From IMG/VR virus record IMGVR_UViG_3300029241_000080: a stretch of DNA of 32,038 bases; one strand, given 5' to 3'. The notes beneath the pieces are model-generated. The model was not told where the DNA came from, searched no databases, and was given only the letters and a program-made list of their open reading frames with translations. This document shows positions 30,108 to 32,038 of the stretch, in pieces (position 1 is the stretch's first letter; each line of letters opens with the position of its first letter). The DNA is from a virus. Both the position numbers and the translations under genes were made by a program.

Positions 30108-30923
30108 TCATTTGATTTGCTGATACAGTATCCTGACTCGCTTCCCTCGCTGCTGTAGTATCCGTTGCACACGATTGTAATCTTTGACAGATATGATGGG
30201 CGCGTGACATCCCTTGTACAACTGGCCCTTATAGCTGTTGTAGCCAGCATATACCGGACAGATAAGTATCCGCCGGATTGATTCGGCAGTCTGTACTCTA
30301 CCGCGTTTCCCGGTGTAGCCGCGCAATCTGCACAGCTCGGCAACGGCCGACAGATTGCGATATTCCAAGTAACGATCAAAAATATACCGCACGCGCTCCG
30401 CTTCCGCCGGGTTGATCTTCAGGCTGTCCTTGCCATCGAGGTCATAGCCAAGGACTTCATTGCACGTCCGCTTTCCCTGCGCTGCCCGTTCGGCAATCGC
30501 CGCGCTGACACGTTCTGCCGTAAATTCTCGTTCCATCTGAGCAAAAATCCCGAGCATGCCCATCATTGCGCGCCCGGTCGGCGTGGTCGTGTCAAAAGCC
30601 TCTGTGTAGCTAATTAACCCGCAGTTGTGCGTCGCAAACAGATCCCACACGCTGTATAGGTCAGCAACGCTGCGCGTCAATCGGCTGAGCGCCCAGACGC
30701 ACACAACGTCGATTTCTCCGGCCTGCACATCGGATAGCAGCTGCAGCATTGCCGGTCGATGCTTGATGTCCTTCGCGCTGATCCCTTCGTCCGCATACAC
30801 GCCGGTTACATCATAGGCGCGGCCATTGCACCACTGCATCAAGCTCTTGCGCTGGGCGGCGAGGGAATATCCCTCTGCCGCCTGCTCGCTCGTTGATACA
30901 CGGATATAGATTGCCGCACGCAT
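30108..30923 (-). CDS. Serine recombinase, short form (resolvase catalytic domain plus recombinase domain, no zinc-ribbon/coiled-coil)
   Basis: 271 aa. The catalytic region is AAIYIRVSTSEQ...YADEGISAK...VWALSRLTRS, and a recombinase-domain-like part follows (...RRILICPVYAGYNSYKG...HAPIIS...). The ORF stops immediately after this, about 95 bp from the tRNA fragment. Confidence 0.85.
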   Translation of the reverse strand: MRAAIYIRVSTSEQAAEGYSLAAQRKSLMQWCNGRAYDVTGVYADEGISAKDIKHRPAMLQLLSDVQAGEIDVVCVWALSRLTRSVADLYSVWDLFATHNCGLISYTEAFDTTTPTGRAMMGMLGIFAQMEREFTAERVSAAIAERAAQGKRTCNEVLGYDLDGKDSLKINPAEAERVRYIFDRYLEYRNLSAVAELCRLRGYTGKRGRVQTAESIRRILICPVYAGYNSYKGQLYKGCHAPIISVKDYNRVQRILQQRGKRVRILYQQIK

Positions 30924-31294
30924 TACTGATCGTCATCCTCATGGCTCAGGCCAAGTGCCTTGAGAGCCGCGGCGCCCATGCGCTGTGCGGGGATCATATC
31001 GCCGTCACTGTCAATGATGCATGCATCGCTCCCGCTGATCTCGTCGTAAAGCTCGGTAAGCGTGGGCGGCTCTGCCTCACCGCTGTACGGCCACTCGGAC
31101 GCGATGCGCTCGACAAGGTCGCCGTCCCACGCTCTCCACGCCGTCGGATCTGCGGCAAGCTCCTGCAGTGCGTCGGCCAAAACGCCGCGCTGACCATACT
31201 CCCAGTTTTCAAAAATGGCGGCCGGCTTGCAATCGTCGTCGAGGATAGCGAGCATAACGGCGCCGCCGTTATTTTCGTAGACTTCGTACTTCAT
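30923..31294 (-). CDS. Highly acidic hypothetical protein
   Basis: 123 aa from ATG 31294, with AAGGAGGA 6 nt upstream. By hand count it has about 27 Asp/Glu against 7 Lys/Arg. TAATG overlap with the recombinase start. Confidence 0.6.
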   Translation of the reverse strand: MKYEVYENNGGAVMLAILDDDCKPAAIFENWEYGQRGVLADALQELAADPTAWRAWDGDLVERIASEWPYSGEAEPPTLTELYDEISGSDACIIDSDGDMIPAQRMGAAALKALGLSHEDDDQ

Positions 31295-31342
31295 AGTGTT
31301 TCCTCCTTGATTTTTCTGCCTTACTCGGTTTATAATCAAGGT

Positions 31343-31420
31343 GGCCGGGGTAAGGCTCCCGGCTCACCTTCTCGGGTGCGAGTAGCGGGGCTTTGGTCGG
31401 TGCCGCTACTCTTTTTGTTT
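31343..31420 (+). ncRNA. Candidate about 75-nt antisense small RNA in the leader of the acidic-protein/recombinase operon
   Basis: A plus-strand promoter TTGATT (31307-31312)-18 nt-TATAAT (31331-31336) is followed by a 10-bp bulged hairpin (31340-31368). A terminator follows: 9-bp stem 31380-31388/31403-31411, then TTTTTGTTT. No credible plus-strand ORF is present. Confidence 0.35.
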
Positions 31421-31532
31421 ACTCATGCATGATGCGCTTGACGCTCTCGCGAAGTTCTTCAAGCGTTTCGCACTTCTCGATGAGTTCGAGGATTGCTTTC
31501 AGCAGCGCCTCTGTGACGTTCATCTCGGTCAT
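31419..31532 (-). CDS. Unlisted 37-aa ORF (MTEMNVTEALLKAILELIEKCETLEELRESVKRIMHE)
   Basis: Found by hand translation; it is below the ORF-track size cut-off. AAGGAAGTGAGGGA lies directly upstream of ATG 31532. Third codon positions are GC-rich, as in the other genes. It is the first ORF after a consensus promoter. Confidence 0.45.
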   Translation of the reverse strand: MTEMNVTEALLKAILELIEKCETLEELRESVKRIMHE

Positions 31533-31579
31533 TCCCTCACTTCCTTTCACAAGAGGTTTCCCTCTGCCTTACGAGTATT

Positions 31580-31608
31580 ATTATAAACCAAATAGTTTAT
31601 AATGTCAA
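31580..31608 (-). promoter_or_regulatory. Consensus sigma-70 promoter TTGACA-17-TATAAT with a palindromic operator in the spacer
   Basis: On the minus strand the -35 is at 31608..31603 and the -10 at 31585..31580. The palindrome TTATAAAC-N6-GTTTATAA (31581-31602) fills the spacer. Confidence 0.7.
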
Positions 31609-31650
31609 CCATATATTTTAACTTTTTCGGATATTTCAGAAAATTTTTAG

Positions 31651-31679
31651 TTGACACGTTAAACTAAATAGGTTATGCT
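31651..31679 (+). promoter_or_regulatory. Promoter TTGACA-17-TATGCT for the 69-aa HTH gene
   Basis: The -35 is at 31651-31656 and the -10 at 31674-31679. The spacer carries a degenerate copy (about 15 of 22 positions) of the palindrome at 31581-31602. Confidence 0.65.
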
Positions 31680-31702
31680 ATCTAACAGAAGGAAGTGATA
31701 CC

Positions 31703-31912
31703 GTGACAGCGCGGCAAATAATTGAAATGAAGCTTGCGTATTTTGGGATTACAAACTCCGAGCTGGCGCGACGGCTCGGATGGTCCCCCCAGCTGCTTAA
31801 CAAACGGCTGAATACCGGAAAATTTACCGTAGAAGAATGGGAGCGCGTCGGAGAAGCACTCGGCTGCAAAGTCAACATCAAGTTTACGCTGCCAGATGGC
31901 ACAGAAATTTAA
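31703..31912 (+). CDS. Small XRE-like HTH regulator
   Basis: 69 aa with a GTG start and AAGGAAGTGA 4 nt upstream. GITNSELARRLGWSPQLLNKRLNTGKF is an HTH motif. It is divergent from the recombinase operon. Confidence 0.7.
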   Translation: MTARQIIEMKLAYFGITNSELARRLGWSPQLLNKRLNTGKFTVEEWERVGEALGCKVNIKFTLPDGTEI

Positions 31913-31921
31913 AATCACAAA

Positions 31922-31949
31922 GCCGCCGGAGCACTTACGCTCCGGCGGC
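31922..31949. terminator. Terminator shared by the lysis operon (minus) and the HTH gene (plus)
   Basis: An 11-bp stem GCCGCCGGAGC/GCTCCGGCGGC has a 6-nt loop. In minus sense it is followed by TTTGTGATTTTAAATTT. It lies downstream of the holin stop across the circular junction. Confidence 0.75.
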
Positions 31950-32038
31950 CTTACTTTGCCCAATTATTTATTATCCGTCAGCTGCTTCACGCTCTGATTC
32001 AGCCCCGTCGCCGCCCATCCGGACACGATGCCGACGGC
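31940..32038. repeat. Terminal direct repeat, right copy (duplicate of 1-99)
   Basis: Identical to bases 1-99. Implies a unit genome of 31,939 bp. Confidence 0.95.

Noticed and set aside
30893-31432. 179-aa plus-strand ORF opposite the acidic-protein gene
   Set aside because: It has no SD and an off-frame-like composition. The minus-strand gene has a strong SD, is coupled to the recombinase gene and has coherent codon bias. Only the short non-coding part at 31343-31420 was kept, as a candidate RNA.
31537-31698. 10-bp inverted repeat (TCACTTCCTT / AAGGAAGTGA) flanking the divergent promoter region, considered as an invertible promoter segment
   Set aside because: Both arms are simply the Shine-Dalgarno regions (AAGGAAGTGA-4 nt-start) of the two divergent genes. 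Inversion would swap two similar promoters with little consequence, and there is no independent support.
1-32038. Search for CRISPR-Cas, reverse-transcriptase elements (DGR or retron), classic toxin-antitoxin pairs or IS elements
   Set aside because: No repeat-spacer array, no RT-like or transposase-like ORF, and no obvious small toxin-antitoxin pair was found in any frame. The only recombinases are the tyrosine integrase and the short serine recombinase.

Overview
The window is one complete, circularly closed genome of about 31.9 kb from a temperate siphovirus-like phage. Bases 1-99 are identical to 31940-32038, which gives a unit length of 31,939 bp. GC content is high, above 60% by eye, and Shine-Dalgarno sites are strong GGAGG types. 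Several gene families are typical of Clostridia-type Firmicutes (Cys-rich KTR, BhlA/XhlA-like lysis protein, DnaD-like initiator); this host call is inference only. Nearly all genes are on the minus strand and form one long leftward transcription unit. In order it carries a cro-like gene, an XRE regulator, an excisionase-like HTH and a DnaD-like initiator, then DnaB, ParA, a ParB-like protein and a DUF4406 protein. These are followed by an ASCH protein, small proteins, an N6-adenine methyltransferase, an HUH Rep, a Cys-rich KTR protein and an HNH endonuclease. After a cos-like gap come TerS, TerL, portal, prohead protease and an HK97-type capsid, then the head-tail joining genes and the major tail protein. 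The tail end carries the G/GT chaperone with a -1 frameshift, tape measure, Dit, Tal/fibre, a BspA-like LRR protein and a CBM5/12 protein. The unit ends with the amidase endolysin, a BhlA/XhlA-like protein and the holin. The plus strand carries the lysogeny module: a LexA/cI-like S24 repressor, a membrane-anchored HIRAN protein and a tyrosine integrase. This is followed by an attP-like region containing the 3' part of a tRNA. Between attP and the lysis genes lies a second small switch. A 69-aa HTH gene sits divergent from an operon encoding a 37-aa peptide, a very acidic 123-aa protein and a short serine recombinase.

The most unusual signals are these:
- Six perfect copies of the 17-bp palindrome GTGTCCA-N3-TGGACAC lie at module junctions.
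- Two of those copies form 21-bp perfect inverted repeats that bracket the HIRAN gene.
- Partition genes, an integrase and a resolvase-like recombinase are all present in one phage.
- Two promoter-plus-terminator modules look like antisense small RNAs embedded in minus-strand operons.

No CRISPR array, reverse transcriptase or complete tRNA/rRNA gene is visible. All protein-family calls rest on motif recognition by eye, not on database searches.
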